64,000 bases of DNA from Tubulanus polymorphus (Eukaryota; Animalia; Nemertea). The stretch spans positions 21,176,150 through 21,240,149 of the forward strand of contig NC_134026.1 in NCBI RefSeq assembly GCF_964204645.1, given 5' to 3'. The position numbers were made by a program, and so were the translations under genes. Below, piece after piece: positions 43,514-55,476 of this stretch; the first letter of the stretch is position 1; every line of letters starts with the position of its first letter. Under the pieces are notes generated by a model. The model had not been told where the DNA came from, did not search any database, and saw only the letters and a list, made by a program, of their open reading frames with translations.

Positions 43514-43989
43514 TAATCCAATTTATTCTTTTTTTATCTCTGTTTGTTTAGACGCTTGGGCTATACCGGGGATTAAATCGATTCGGCTATAATTATCCTT
43601 CGATTTCTGATCGCGCAAACAAGGCTGACAACACGTATCAACGTAGCTGATAATAAATTCCGATATTATATAATAGAGTATAAGCCTACAAACTTAAACC
43701 TCTCATTTCAATGCATTATTGAAGCGTTTTCACACACGACGCAAACTGCGAGTACCGTTATGCGCAGTGAACGATTGTCGGTAACAAGGTTATATAACTA
43801 AACGTGAATTAGCCTCATTAATCCATTTCGTCAATACTTGAAATCATTGATTTACGGATACGCATTCGGCAGCCGCCAGATTACTATACTACCTTCAAAA
43901 ATTACAGCAATATTACGTGTATATTCACTCGCTCATTCGATACTAAATAATGCTTAAACAAAGCGAAGTGAGTCACTTCCGAAACCGGT

Positions 43990-44140
43990 TGCAATTCACA
44001 CGCAATGTTTTGACCGGTGCTAAAATCTGGCTCGGACCTGGTAGGCACGGGCCCATTTGGCACCGTGTGTGGACAGTTGTTCCGGGCCGAATTTAGCACG
44101 GGCCAAAATCTAGCCCGGCTATTATTTGACCGCGGACTCA
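43990..44140. mobile_element. Degenerate Harbinger-like MITE fragment
   Basis: GC-rich block with repeated gcacgggcc / ggcaccgtg motifs after ttcacacg. Confidence 0.35.
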
Positions 44141-44657
44141 ATGCGAATTTCGTTTTTAGACTCCATGTGACCGATACGTTACAGTCCGGTAATTGATATT
44201 TGCCGAAAACAGCTGTGTTGATTCAGTCACAACTTGACACGTTTCAACATCGGTGACGTTCTTGATATTATCACGAATACGCACACGTCATTATTAGTAT
44301 AAACTATATGTAACATATCGGACAATTAAAACGATACATTTGTATTGGAAACCAATGTACAGAATAAATGCCGCCGATAAAGTCGTGTCTCGTGAAGGCG
44401 ATACATTTATAATTTCGGATAAAGCTCGATATAAACCGATCACTCGGACTTTCGATTACTCGTTCGAGTGGTCACGGGATCGTGGCTCGTCGAAGTCTGA
44501 TGGAACGTTAGGAAAACAGGGGCTAGTGTGGCTCGGATTTTGCTCGCGGGCTGTTTATGAATCTCTAAACTAAATTAAAACCGCAGTTTTAAAGTAAATC
44601 TGAAATATGAAATAACGCTTACGATTTTTATCTATCCGCTGTAAAGTTCCGACGATA

Positions 44658-44780
44658 TATAGAGCCCCGGAGGCGATATAGTTGAAAAATAATCTGAATT
44701 TTTCTTTTCGTTCTAACGAAATAATCTTTTCGTTTGAACGAAATAATCTTTTCGTGAGAACGATATTTTTTCTATATCAA
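44658..44780. mobile_element. Truncated MITE with 22-bp internal tandem repeats (possibly IS3EU-like)
   Basis: tatagagccccgg start; repeated aacgaaataatcttttcgt units. Confidence 0.5.
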
Positions 44781-45951
44781 TTGAAAGTTAAACAACTTCC
44801 TTACTAGGGTGGTTTTCTCAGCTCAGCAGAGGTTTTGGGTAAAAGATTGAACTTTAACTGGTCCCGAACTTGTCGTCGCATCGGTGGTCACAGGCAAAAA
44901 CGGAGGAGGCATTTCATTCCTTGTCGTTTTGAATACTTAAACGTAGCGACCAATGTAGTAGCACCTGTCTAATACTGAACCTTTTACAGCTATTGTTTAT
45001 CGGTATACTCGATAGCGGATAAATAAACGATGTCAACGTCGGGTATTCTGTAAGTGTATTCGCATTTCGAATTTAGCGCCAGTTTTGCCAGATTATCAAC
45101 AACCCGTAAGTAAAATCCAAGCCAGGATACGCACGAGCCCCGTGTGTGATTAGATCGAAATGCAGTGAGGCAGGATCTCTTATTTCTAATTCTAAATTTG
45201 AAAAAAAAAGATCTGCTTGATAAGAAATAGCGTATATATCAATTTTTGAATCTGTCTCACTTTTGGGTAGGAGAGTGCCAGCTTGTCAATTGATAATGTC
45301 TGATGCATTTCAATGCGACAGCTTCATGCTACCAAATACAGTGTATGTTGCTGGACAAAGGCAAAGCATATGTTCTAGGTTTTAAGCAGTTTCAAGCTTA
45401 CTCGACCAGATTTTTATCATGCTCGTTGATCGAAATGAAAAGCTGATGCCTCTATACAATCACTGCAAAATTCCATCATTTGCACGATGAACCTATTCTG
45501 GAATTTTCGGGATCTTGCGACGATTAGTAATAGATAACAGTCGAATTCGAGGTAAAAATGCGTTTAGTTCACGCGGTGCAAGTTGTAAATATTCAAACAA
45601 ACAGACCGCCAGGTTTGTTTGTGCTGTTTCAACGAAAAAAAACGTATTTAATGCCGTTCATTATCGGTTGTTACAGATGGATTTGCACTTGATGTTTATT
45701 GAAAGTTCTCTCAGTCCTCTTGAAATTTCGTATTTGATAAAGGTCGACAAACAATATTGTATGAATAATTGTACATTTGTAAACGTTATACGTGTTCATC
45801 AAAGTTAGCGCGAGCTATTCATTTTTAATAAGAGTTGCCACCTGATACACGTACAAATAAGATAAAAAAATTCCCATAATGAGAAACGATATTAATCATT
45901 GACATAAGCTACCATATACATATATATGATGTGTATACTTAGATATACATT

Positions 45952-46102
<151 letters not shown>

Positions 46103-46377
46103 TTCATCAGAATTAGGCTCGGCTATTAAGATTGGGAAATAGGACAACGTCAGGTAGGGTCGATGGTCATATTCTGCGTCGTATAAATCTGAATTACTAT
46201 GAACCTAAAAATCTGGATTTCTGCCAATTACAGCCTTAACGTCCCTTGTACACGGCTTATATAGAATCCGAATAACTGGTCAACAACCGTCTGAATTCCG
46301 CTGCACTTTTTTGACGGTTTTATTGATACACATCCGATGTATGCCTTTTAGCTTTCGTTCATTTCTTTATACAATAA

Positions 46378-46595
46378 GCGGAAGAAAGTTGATACCACGT
46401 TTCTGATCTATTCTGATCTTAAAAGTCGACCCGGTCGGCCGCCTATATACCCTGTGCATTACGTTTTTTAATCATGATCAAGCTAACAACAACAACAGAC
46501 CCGGACGATAGAAATTAACTGATTTCAAATTGTATTGCAAATTACAAAATTCCCCCAGCCGGTTAGGAGAAACAAGGTATCATTTTTGTTCAGCT
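46378..46595 (+). mobile_element. PIF/Harbinger (Tourist-like) MITE family, copy 3
   Basis: Shares cttaaaagtc.acccgg.cggccgcctat...ccct.t.cattac and ttaggagaaacaaggtatcatt with 43328-43513. Confidence 0.8.
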
Positions 46596-49191
46596 ATACT
46601 AGTATCAATCTGAAAATGAAATTGGACAACTTTTTTCATATTTCACTCATAGCTATCTTGATTGCCATTGAGCATTATGTCGTTAAGTACATCCAAATTC
46701 ATGACGTTACCTACATTACATTTAGTTATTATTTATGTTTGGGGGGCTGATGAGCGACCGTTTTTAAGCGTCGCATTAAGACACGTTTTGCATTTATAAG
46801 GATTACTGTATATAAAGGTTTATGGCGGGAACAACATGTACACGGGGATAAATCCACTATAGCAGGCGACAAGACGAATCCGCGCGGGAAATAGATAAAT
46901 TGCGGCTGTTGATTAGGGACTGCATATGATTTATAAACATATTCCCATTGTGGCTCGATTAATGAGAAGAAATGTATCGAGGTGATGCAAGACTAGGTTG
47001 CGTTGGGGAGACGTAAAAAAGTGTTGAAACCGGCCGGCCTTTTCGCCGAGGAAGATCTCTTTTGTTCCATTTTCTATACGCGTGGCATTTCGGTGCAAGG
47101 TACGACGATATCCAGTTCGTACAATAAAATCTTGCTTTACGAGCGCTATGATTCTAACGCGTTGATTACAATGTTGAAAGCGCGTCATCAGAAGTTTGGA
47201 TGATAACAGGCTGTGTATAAGTAATCACGGCACGTACGACTGGCTTTGATTCTAACCCCTCTACGTGCTTTAATTTTACCGCGGACATTTTTGAGAGTCC
47301 ATTATTTTACGTACGAAGCCTGCGAATCGTTTTCGAGCCGGATATATGCGGATATATTAGAATTTATCTAGTCATGAATAATCTTTCTGGTCACTCTGAT
47401 GATTACCCCTTAAGTATGTAATACGCGGACTCGATCCTTCGAATGGCCAATTACAACTAAGCGTACTTACTTGGTTCTTATTTTGTTTTCATTGGCGAGT
47501 CTTTTTATGATAGACCTTGAGTCGAAAAAAAACCGATTAGTGCATGCAATTTTTCAAAGCACAATCTGTAACGTTTTCTCAGTTGCTGTTAATTGCAAGC
47601 GGCAATTAGATTTAAATCATTTCTCGGATTTTCTCAAAATCGACTCGATGTTGTTGTCGTCTTATTAATTCGTCCTCCTCCTCTCCTCCTCCTAATTATT
47701 TCCCTTGTCAGAATCAGAGTTACTGCAAAAACCGAATGGTTTGGGGTTTTTGCTATTCTTATATAATTTTTTTTCTGGAGAACCAGGTCTCGATATGGTA
47801 GGCCTGGCAAAATATGGTTTCTGCTGCTAATCAGGCAAATCTTTCAGCCAGAATATGGTAAACTCTGCTGCCAGTGAATATTTGCACGGGTGGATCCACT
47901 GACTAGATATGAGGTGCTAACAATCTTGTTAGGGCAAATCGATTAGAAAAGGGCGATCTGGCGAATAAGGGAAAGTGGACCCTCATTCATTATTATACAG
48001 GGTCTACGACACCATTTCATGCAGCTTTATTCTAGTAATTGTTATTAAGTGAGTTATTATATTTGCCGAGTCAAGAAACGCATATTATCTACTCCCAATC
48101 TCTAGTTACGGCGCAATTACCGGATATCATATATTGTCCACTGGCATTGCCTCTGCAATAAACCGCAGCCGTGATGGATTACCACCGGACAGCTGTCGCG
48201 ACATCCGTGATGGTCAAACACGGACGACAACGCTGTGTAGAAACATCGAGAACGCTATGGTGTCATAGATTTTTATGGTCTATGCGTGGATATAAAGTTA
48301 AACACACAAAGATCAGATGTGGTGCGTGTATTTCGACCAGAAACGATGAGGAATTGCGCGGTGACGACTTTGAACGTTAAGTAGGTTGGAAAATTAAATT
48401 ATTCGGTTTAGGTCTTTTAGGAAGTCGACTCTGGCATAAAGGTGAAACGGTAAATTTGCGCAGCATCGCTTGCTTTGCTCTGTAAGACGCGTATCAATCA
48501 ACCTATCGCTCAAATATGGCGAAAATAGATACGTTTCCCCATAAAACGTTTCACCATGACACGTCAATGCATGTTCGTCGAGCACCATGTTAGGCTGATG
48601 TCAGAATACTATCTATTTCAATATATTGAACTATGTATTTCTCATCGCTGCTCGAGGCCATCGTTTTTTACCTGAAAGTTTAAGAGAAACATTTTTCTAA
48701 CGTTATTTGAGCATTCATAACAAAAGTGTATGTGTTTTCGTTACATTTAAAAGGTTAAAGGTTCTACTCACATCACGATTGTGTCATAAACTGGAATTAG
48801 ATGCACGAAAAGATGGTGAGGGCAATTCAAGATCGGGGACGCGTACCTTAATAACTATTAACAATCTAACTTCTATAACGCCTAACTTTAAAAATGAAAA
48901 CTTACATAACAGTCAATGCAAATACACACGTCTGCTAACCGGCTGTTATACCTAGGACTATTAGAATGTACAAATTTGCCAGCTTCAATATTTATATTGA
49001 TATTATCTTTTTTGTGCTCGGAACAATTGAATATCTTTTTGGAGCAATAAACTCGAAACTTGAAGCATTTCATTGGGATACAATATTCACCGGCGCGCTT
49101 TCATTAATTGGTTATATCACCGCAACCCTATATCTCCTCTTCACCTTACATATTGTATCAGTCATGTAAAAAAGTAACATCCCAGCAACTA

Positions 49192-49258
49192 CTTAAGGCC
49201 TGCGTAAAAGGGCAGATAATTTCTACGAAAAAAACTACCCTTTTAAACCGGCCTTAAG
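49192..49258. mobile_element. Mini Harbinger-like MITE / hairpin
   Basis: cttaaggcc.gcgtaaaagggcag ... ctacccttttaaaccggccttaag. Confidence 0.6.
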
Positions 49259-49269
49259 CGTCCATGAAT

Positions 49270-49413
49270 CATCTATATCAGGCCGGTACCCGTTCACTAC
49301 TGGGGGAGTGAGGTAAGAAGGATGTCTTCCCCGAGGACACTGTGGCAATTTACGGGGTTCGAACCCACGACCTGGCATCGTAGAGTCGAACGCTCTAACC
49401 ACCATATCCGCCC
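49270..49413 (-). mobile_element. tRNA-derived SINE with CORE/Meta-like central domain
   Basis: The minus strand reads gtggttagagcgttcgactc...gtgGGTTCGAACCCcg (B-box) ...gtgtcctcggggaagacat...gtgaacgggtacc. Confidence 0.75.
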
Positions 49414-50756
49414 CTACGAAATACGTCCTTTATCTTTTGGTTGCGTTTAAGTTCCGGCACTTGGAACATACTGGAAATTTATTTGAAAAACATTTTGCAA
49501 AATAAATTCGTGTACCCTTTGAAAGTATAAATTGAACTTGTATATAACACATGGCAGAACACGAGGGAATTCTAAGTCACATGTCCAAAGGGGTATAGGC
49601 GAGGGACTAATGATAACTGCTAAGCATTGCATAACTCTGCATGATCCCCAAAGAAAACATTCTATTATCTACAGCATTAAAGTCACTGTACAATATACTA
49701 CCTTAAGCATTTTCAATTAAGATATACATTTTTTCTCGTACATTTATCGAACTGTGCTCGCGCTGTTCTAACGACATGATTTTCAGTTTTTGCATTATTA
49801 ATTATCGGCGCCGAGTCGCTAGACTCGTCATCAATGGGGGGATACATTTCGCCAACGGACGGAAATATCTTCCGACGGGTTTATTTCCCGAAGCAGGCGA
49901 CTTTTCGCCATTCGCACGCTACGTCGGTTTCGACGAATTTCCGCCATTTCGGGCGTTTTTCACCGGCGCGCACGTATCTATTTTCATTAAATTTAATGAG
50001 ACCAATTACGTGCGTCTGTCGCTTTTTTCTGCCTAACTGATTTTTATGTTATTGAATCTGAAATCTGAAGTGGCATGCGGGCTCCGAGGAGCCGTATCGT
50101 GGTTTATTGCCGGCTAATCTAATACTATTGCCTGTATAATGCGGTTCCAGTGCAGTCGTATATCAAAAATTGCCGAGGTTTTGTCGAATAATTGCTCTCA
50201 CCTTGTCGCGACTGATTATTTACCACGCGCGCACGAAACTACAAAATCCATACCTAAAATCAAATCCCCTCCGCCAGTCGACGGGTGCTGAATTGAATTT
50301 CAAATCCATTCGTACTTGAAGATAACCTTTGAAAAGTGAATTACACACCCAATACTGTTGGTATAGAGTTCCGTGATTTCAAGCATCGGGTTACGGCGTT
50401 TCTATAACTTTAAATTGGGCATAGTTCTCGTCATAGACGACGGCGATATTGATTCTAAAGCGCGAGTGAAATTTGATTTTCATATCTGCATACAGTCGTC
50501 GTCTGCAACGGTTTCGACGCGTGTGTTCACCTCAAAATCCGACCGCCGTTCGAGAAAATGAATGTCAGATTTTCATTTCCATTAGCAGTCCTCCACAAGC
50601 TCTACCGAATCACGTTCCACAAACGCTTGTCTAAAGAGTTCACCTGGTGTTTTAATTCGAGAGATTAAGAAGGCAAAGATTATAGAAATAAGAGAGTTTA
50701 TATAACAAGCTTTGCAAATCCGAAGATCGTTTCCAAAGTTATGTATTCTTCATTTC

Positions 50757-50965
50757 AAGAATCCCGCACTAATCTAACGAAAGCTGAAGTGCGCAACGTT
50801 TTCTTTAAGCTGATAATTCGACGTTTTCGACTATAACGCCATCTTCAACATTCTCTTTATATCGTCACAACATGGACCTGGTATTCCTGAAGATTATTAG
50901 TATATCGTCGAAACGTTGAATAAACATACACTAATTCACGGAAACATTTTCTGACTTTATTTATT
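50757..50965. mobile_element. Penelope-like pLTR / retrozyme fold-back with hammerhead motifs, family A copy 1
   Basis: tattc-CTGAAGA-16nt-GAAAC-GTT-gaata at 50882-50922, with an inverted partial copy at 50815-50853; homologous to 57933-58210. Confidence 0.7.
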
Positions 50966-51846
50966 CATCTATATTGTGGGATTTATTAAATATTATTATA
51001 ATTATTATTATTATTGTTATTTTTCGTAATACTATCGTCACACTACGGATATGGTGTTTTATCAATCGGGAAGGACATAGTGTCTCACCGATGGTTAGAT
51101 TTTTCATATTACGAACCAAACGGTTTCACGATAAGGTATGACAACTTCCAAGTTGTCCCTGTGGTTTGGTTCCCGTTGGTTCTAGGGCCACGCAATCTAC
51201 TGGGTGCAACCAAGTGCTCGAATTCTATCATTTCTTTCGTTTCTTATGCGGTTCGCTTCCCCCAAAAGTAATAAATATTCTCGGGTTATGTATATGCGCG
51301 TAAGTTTTAGAAATGAATTCCGGTATAATTATATTTACGCCAGAAATAACAGCGTAGCAACGATCATTACGGTATAAAAGGCGTTTCTATATTTTCTCGT
51401 TCGCGAGTCAATCGGTTTACGTAAACATACTGATTTTCGCAGTAAACCACAGCCCCTGTAACAGCACCCGAATCAACCTCCACTCCAGACACCGGCGCCC
51501 GAACAGGCGCGCATTAGGAACCGTGGTTTTCTATATTAAAACGCTGAAAAGCACATAAATCACGTTATCGTTCGCGTAAGCACGTCCGTTTTATAGCGGC
51601 AAATTCCAAACATTTGTGCGATATAATATATAGATTGTGCTCGCAATATCATACGTCAAACGATCGGCGTCTAGGTGAGATCATGGAGACAGACGCGCGT
51701 TTCGAAACTTAATTCTTCGGTAATGTATTGATTCCGGTGTGTTTCGACTGGTTTCGTCAAGTGTTCTCTTAACCGTGCGCGCCTACCCGAGGAACTGAAT
51801 CATAGCCGACGGATTCCCTAATCGGCTTCCTGTATTTCTTTCGTAG

Positions 51847-51928
51847 TCTCGAGTGTCTGGTCCGTCGTTAGGGGTCCGGATGCCTATCGAAGCTTGATTT
51901 GTGTAATTGGGCGCCGTCGTCGAAAACG
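51847..51928 (+). other. Candidate non-coding 5'-UTR exon of the GPCR
   Basis: Branch-like ctaat (51818), cttcctgtatttctttcgtag acceptor, cg/gtaagt donor. Confidence 0.4.
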
Positions 51929-53240
51929 GTAAGTAACGCATTCACACCGGCGAAAACTATAATATTTACCGAACATCGTTACATTAGCTTCATTTCAACG
52001 TAGAAGAGGAAGTCGAGTAGTTCTACTCGTTCGAATTGATGACAAGTTGTCTTATTTGAACGAGGCACGGAATCACCGAATTCTTACTCACTTAACCGAT
52101 CATTATTACGGAAAAGTGTCATTCGATTCAATAGTCTCGGTAGTGTAGTATCGGAGCGTCGAACGAATCTTCAGTTTCTCGTGGTTTTTTTTTTAATCTC
52201 TTGATTCAATCAATACGGGAAACGGTTGTGCGCGCGGGGATCAGCCTATTTTGATGAACGCAGGTCTTTCGTAGACGTCGTAATAATACACATATTGATA
52301 TCATATCCATTCATGAATCGTTGATGGCTGTTAGTTTTTACATCCCTTAATCGCTGATAGTCTCGCTGGGTAATCAACGGGCCAATATGTTCCTCTTTCT
52401 CGACGAAACGTGCTTTGATTTGCTGCACCGCGCGATTACTGCCGAAAGTTGAAGCTAAATATTTCATCAGGCGATAAGTGTAATTTGATACAGGATTTCA
52501 ATGGTGCTACTAACGTCGAAAAAATTTGCCACAACTTCGATCCAATAGAATTCTAAATGGTTCATAAGTGGGTAATTCGGTTACGGGTGAACTAATAGCA
52601 AGTGACGTCGTGGAGCAATACTTTCTGTAGTCAAAGTGGAGTTACTGTACCGATCTTTCCGCTCACTTGAAACCATTAACTACAAAACAATACACTCGAG
52701 AATTATCCTTCAGTTCCACAGTAGACGAATGCATTTTTTATGAAATTTCCAATCCCCGCGCTATTATGGCTCGTTCACCTGCTTTGTTCGTTCATTCATC
52801 TTGACAAAAAGCGTTCTGCGCGGCAGCCTCATTTCTAATGGCGTGCCATCGTGCTGTCCGCGTCCCATGATGTTACAAATATATGAGTCTGTAAATGAAT
52901 AATGACTCGATGAATTTGGATACATCGCACCCTGTAGGCCTTTATATGAGGGTAATAGGCGAGAGAAAATCGTTCACACCAATGTATTATTCACATCAAA
53001 AAGTTCACATGTCTTCGGTCTGGTGTGCATTTTTCAAATACCCGGTATAGGCCAATGTCAAGATTTTATCACCCTACTGTTTTAGGATAACTTCAAGACT
53101 GGGCCCAGACGTTAAAAGGACATACAATATTCAAATTTGATTACCTACAAGCATGCCCCGTTGGATTTTTTTAAGTGGAGATACACTTATTACTTTTCTA
53201 AAATCGGAATCAAATGATCACATGACGCTATCTTTGAGAC

Positions 53241-53490
53241 AAACCCATGATATCGATTTAAACATAGAACTCTTTTGAGTTCTATGAGTTAAACTACCGT
53301 TACAGTTTTTTTATTTCTTACGTTTCGGGTGGAATTGTTCTACCCGTCTTCGGAGTTCATTTCAAAAATTTCAAAAAGAATTTCAAATAAACTCTGAAGA
53401 CGGGTGGAACGCTTCCACTATAAGAAAAAAACAGTAACAGCTGTTTAGTTTGATATTGCGGGTTTATCACAATGATATTCACCAAAACTA
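53241..53490. mobile_element. Penelope-like pLTR fold-back with hammerhead motifs, family B
   Basis: Minus strand cCGAAGA-c-gggtagaacaattccaccc-GAAAC-GTA; plus strand CTGAAGAcgggtggaacgcttccac. The arms are mutually inverted. Confidence 0.6.
53263..53286. mobile_element. 24-bp P-element-type mini hairpin insertion
   Basis: catagaactc-tttt-gagttctatg flanked by atttaaa / agttaaa. Confidence 0.65.
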
Positions 53491-54051
53491 TAGAAATAGT
53501 CTCAACTATTTATACACGACGCTCTGTTTATCGACGCCGTCATAAATTCATATATCTATGGATTGGTCACAATGGCTCGCGCATATTTAGCCGATGGTGA
53601 CCCCGATATTTACCTTGTCTAGTTCCACACAATCGTCGCCGCTGACAGTAACAACTCGACGGTAAACAGTTAATAAAATATTATTAATTAATTCTGACAA
53701 GGTAATTGTCCATTTACCCAATGCTTGATGACTAGTGATTTCATTTCTCCCGAATCGAATTGTAATTCTCGGAAACGTTACAGCACGTAGTCTGCGATTC
53801 TAAAGAGATTCGTCACATCATTATTATTATCATACTCTAAAACTTAATTATACGAATTTCCGATCACCGCAAAAGTTTATCGGCAACAAACCGAAGTTGG
53901 TGAAGTTTTTGCCATTTATTACATAATGGAATTTTTATGGAATTTATTTCATTTGTGGGCGTGTATGTTATTGCGTGATTGTAGCGATGTGCGCTGAGGT
54001 GACCCTTATTTCAAGCATTTTGCTTCTTGGGCACCTTCATCGACATTCAAC

Positions 54052-54573
54052 GGTAACAGGTAAAAATCCCCCCGGTAAAATTCCCCCAAATATCCCCCCG
54101 GTAAAAATCCCCCATAGGTAAAAATCCCCCTGGTAAAAATCCTCCCAAATTTGATTTCACAGCAATTATCAAGAAAATACTTCAATATTCTTATGTTGAA
54201 AAACTTATAGTAGTTTTCAAAAATTCAGATTTTCCGTGATGTTTTCACTATATTCACCTTGGATAAACAATGACTGTGAACAGGCTACGTGCATAAAAAT
54301 TACATCATTCTGTGCATTTTAGCTAGTAAAATGCATGAAAATGATATTATCGTAATTCTGAAAATTTCTATGAAGAAATCTAGTTTAAAAGTAATAGCAA
54401 AATATCTGTGTATTATTATCTATGTATTATCTAAGTATTATTGTAAAAAGTATTATCGGTTTTCATTTAGGTTTTTTACATAAATTTGATAGAAAACTGA
54501 AATTGGGGGAATTTTTACCTGGGGGGATTTTTACCGTGTGGGATTTTTACCGGGGGGATTTTTACCTACATTC
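54052..54573. mobile_element. Mutator-like (MULE) non-autonomous element with tandem subterminal repeats
   Basis: Exact 9-bp TSD acattcaac (54043-54051, 54574-54582), G..C termini, about 5 ggtaaaaatccccc units at left and 4 inverted units at right. Confidence 0.85.
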
Positions 54574-54582
54574 ACATTCAAC

Positions 54583-54691
54583 ACAACGACACGAGTAGTA
54601 CTATTATAGTAAGTCAAATCATGGACGTATAAACTATACGTCCATGGTCAAATAAAATAGTTAACCTATATAGTACTACTCGTGTCGTTGT
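54583..54691. mobile_element. Small MITE / fold-back with perfect 22-bp arms
   Basis: acaacgacacgagtagtactat ... atagtactactcgtgtcgttgt. Confidence 0.75.
54620..54646. mobile_element. 27-bp P-element-type mini hairpin insertion nested in 54583-54691
   Basis: gtcaaat|catggacgtata-aac-tatacgtccatg|gtcaaat (exact 7-bp TSD). Confidence 0.75.
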
Positions 54692-54739
54692 ATCTATTCT
54701 ACACCCGGTTAATTCACGGCTTCTCTACGAATCTTTCCA

Positions 54740-54899
54740 TTGACATTATAACACCTGTAACATATTCATATATGTATGTTGTCATAGATGGAGATGTCCT
54801 TTTCTCGAATTGTATTTATGTGTGCATATTGATTATTTAAGAGAGAATAAAGCATTCATTCATTCATTCATTCATTCATTCATTCATTCATTCATTCAT
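54740..54899 (+). mobile_element. Probable LINE 3' end with AATAAA and (CATT)n tail
   Basis: AATAAA at 54846-54851 directly followed by about 11 CATT units (54853-54899). The 5' boundary is a guess. Confidence 0.45.
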
Positions 54900-55396
54900 A
54901 TATCTAAAGAAATGCGTGTTATATCACGTTTTAATTACAATGCAAATACAGGTAATCATCACTAACTTATTCATTCGTTTCAGCTTCATGCGTTTTAATC
55001 AAATGCAATACGTGTACATTTTTGTAGTATCTTTTAACGTTTTTTCAACGCGATAGGTTGTTTCATTACTCGGTATTCGAATTGTATAATCAAGTTTGCA
55101 TTCAACCTACTTTGCGTCGTCGCGAAATAAGAGATAGAAAAATAAACGGATATTTCAATTGGTTATACGCTACGTATACACACTCAACGGATTGTCCTGA
55201 ATATATTTCATCCTGCGCTTCAGAGAATCGTTTACCGAGTTTCATCGTATAATTTCATAATAATTTATTTACGAACGCACTCGAAACTCCCGCGGGAAGC
55301 TTTCGTTTCCATTTAGCATGGCGATAACGATATATCAAAAACGGAATGAAAACTAATACGATTATAGGAAGCTTCCTATGCGCGAGGGTCAATTTC

Positions 55397-55433
55397 CTGA
55401 TCGTTAAACATTTTTCTACGTTTGTCGTTTCAG
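55397..55433 (+). promoter_or_regulatory. Splice acceptor (branch point, polypyrimidine tract, CAG) of the GPCR coding exon; exon starts at 55434 with 43 nt of 5' UTR
   Basis: ctgat at 55397, then tttttctacgtttgtcgtttcag ending at 55433, 43 nt before the ATG. Confidence 0.75.
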
Positions 55434-55476
55434 AAGAACTAGGTGAATAGCGCGGACCCTGAAAACAAACGCCAAT

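Noticed and set aside
54052-54573. CRISPR-like array from the ggtaaaaatccccc repeats
   Set aside because: No unique spacers or cas genes; the repeats are inverted at the other end and bounded by a 9-bp TSD, so this is a transposon.
55364-55379. 16-bp palindrome ataggaagcttcctat near the acceptor (similar one at 63025-63040)
   Set aside because: Short palindromes of this size can arise by chance in 64 kb of AT-rich DNA; no supporting context.
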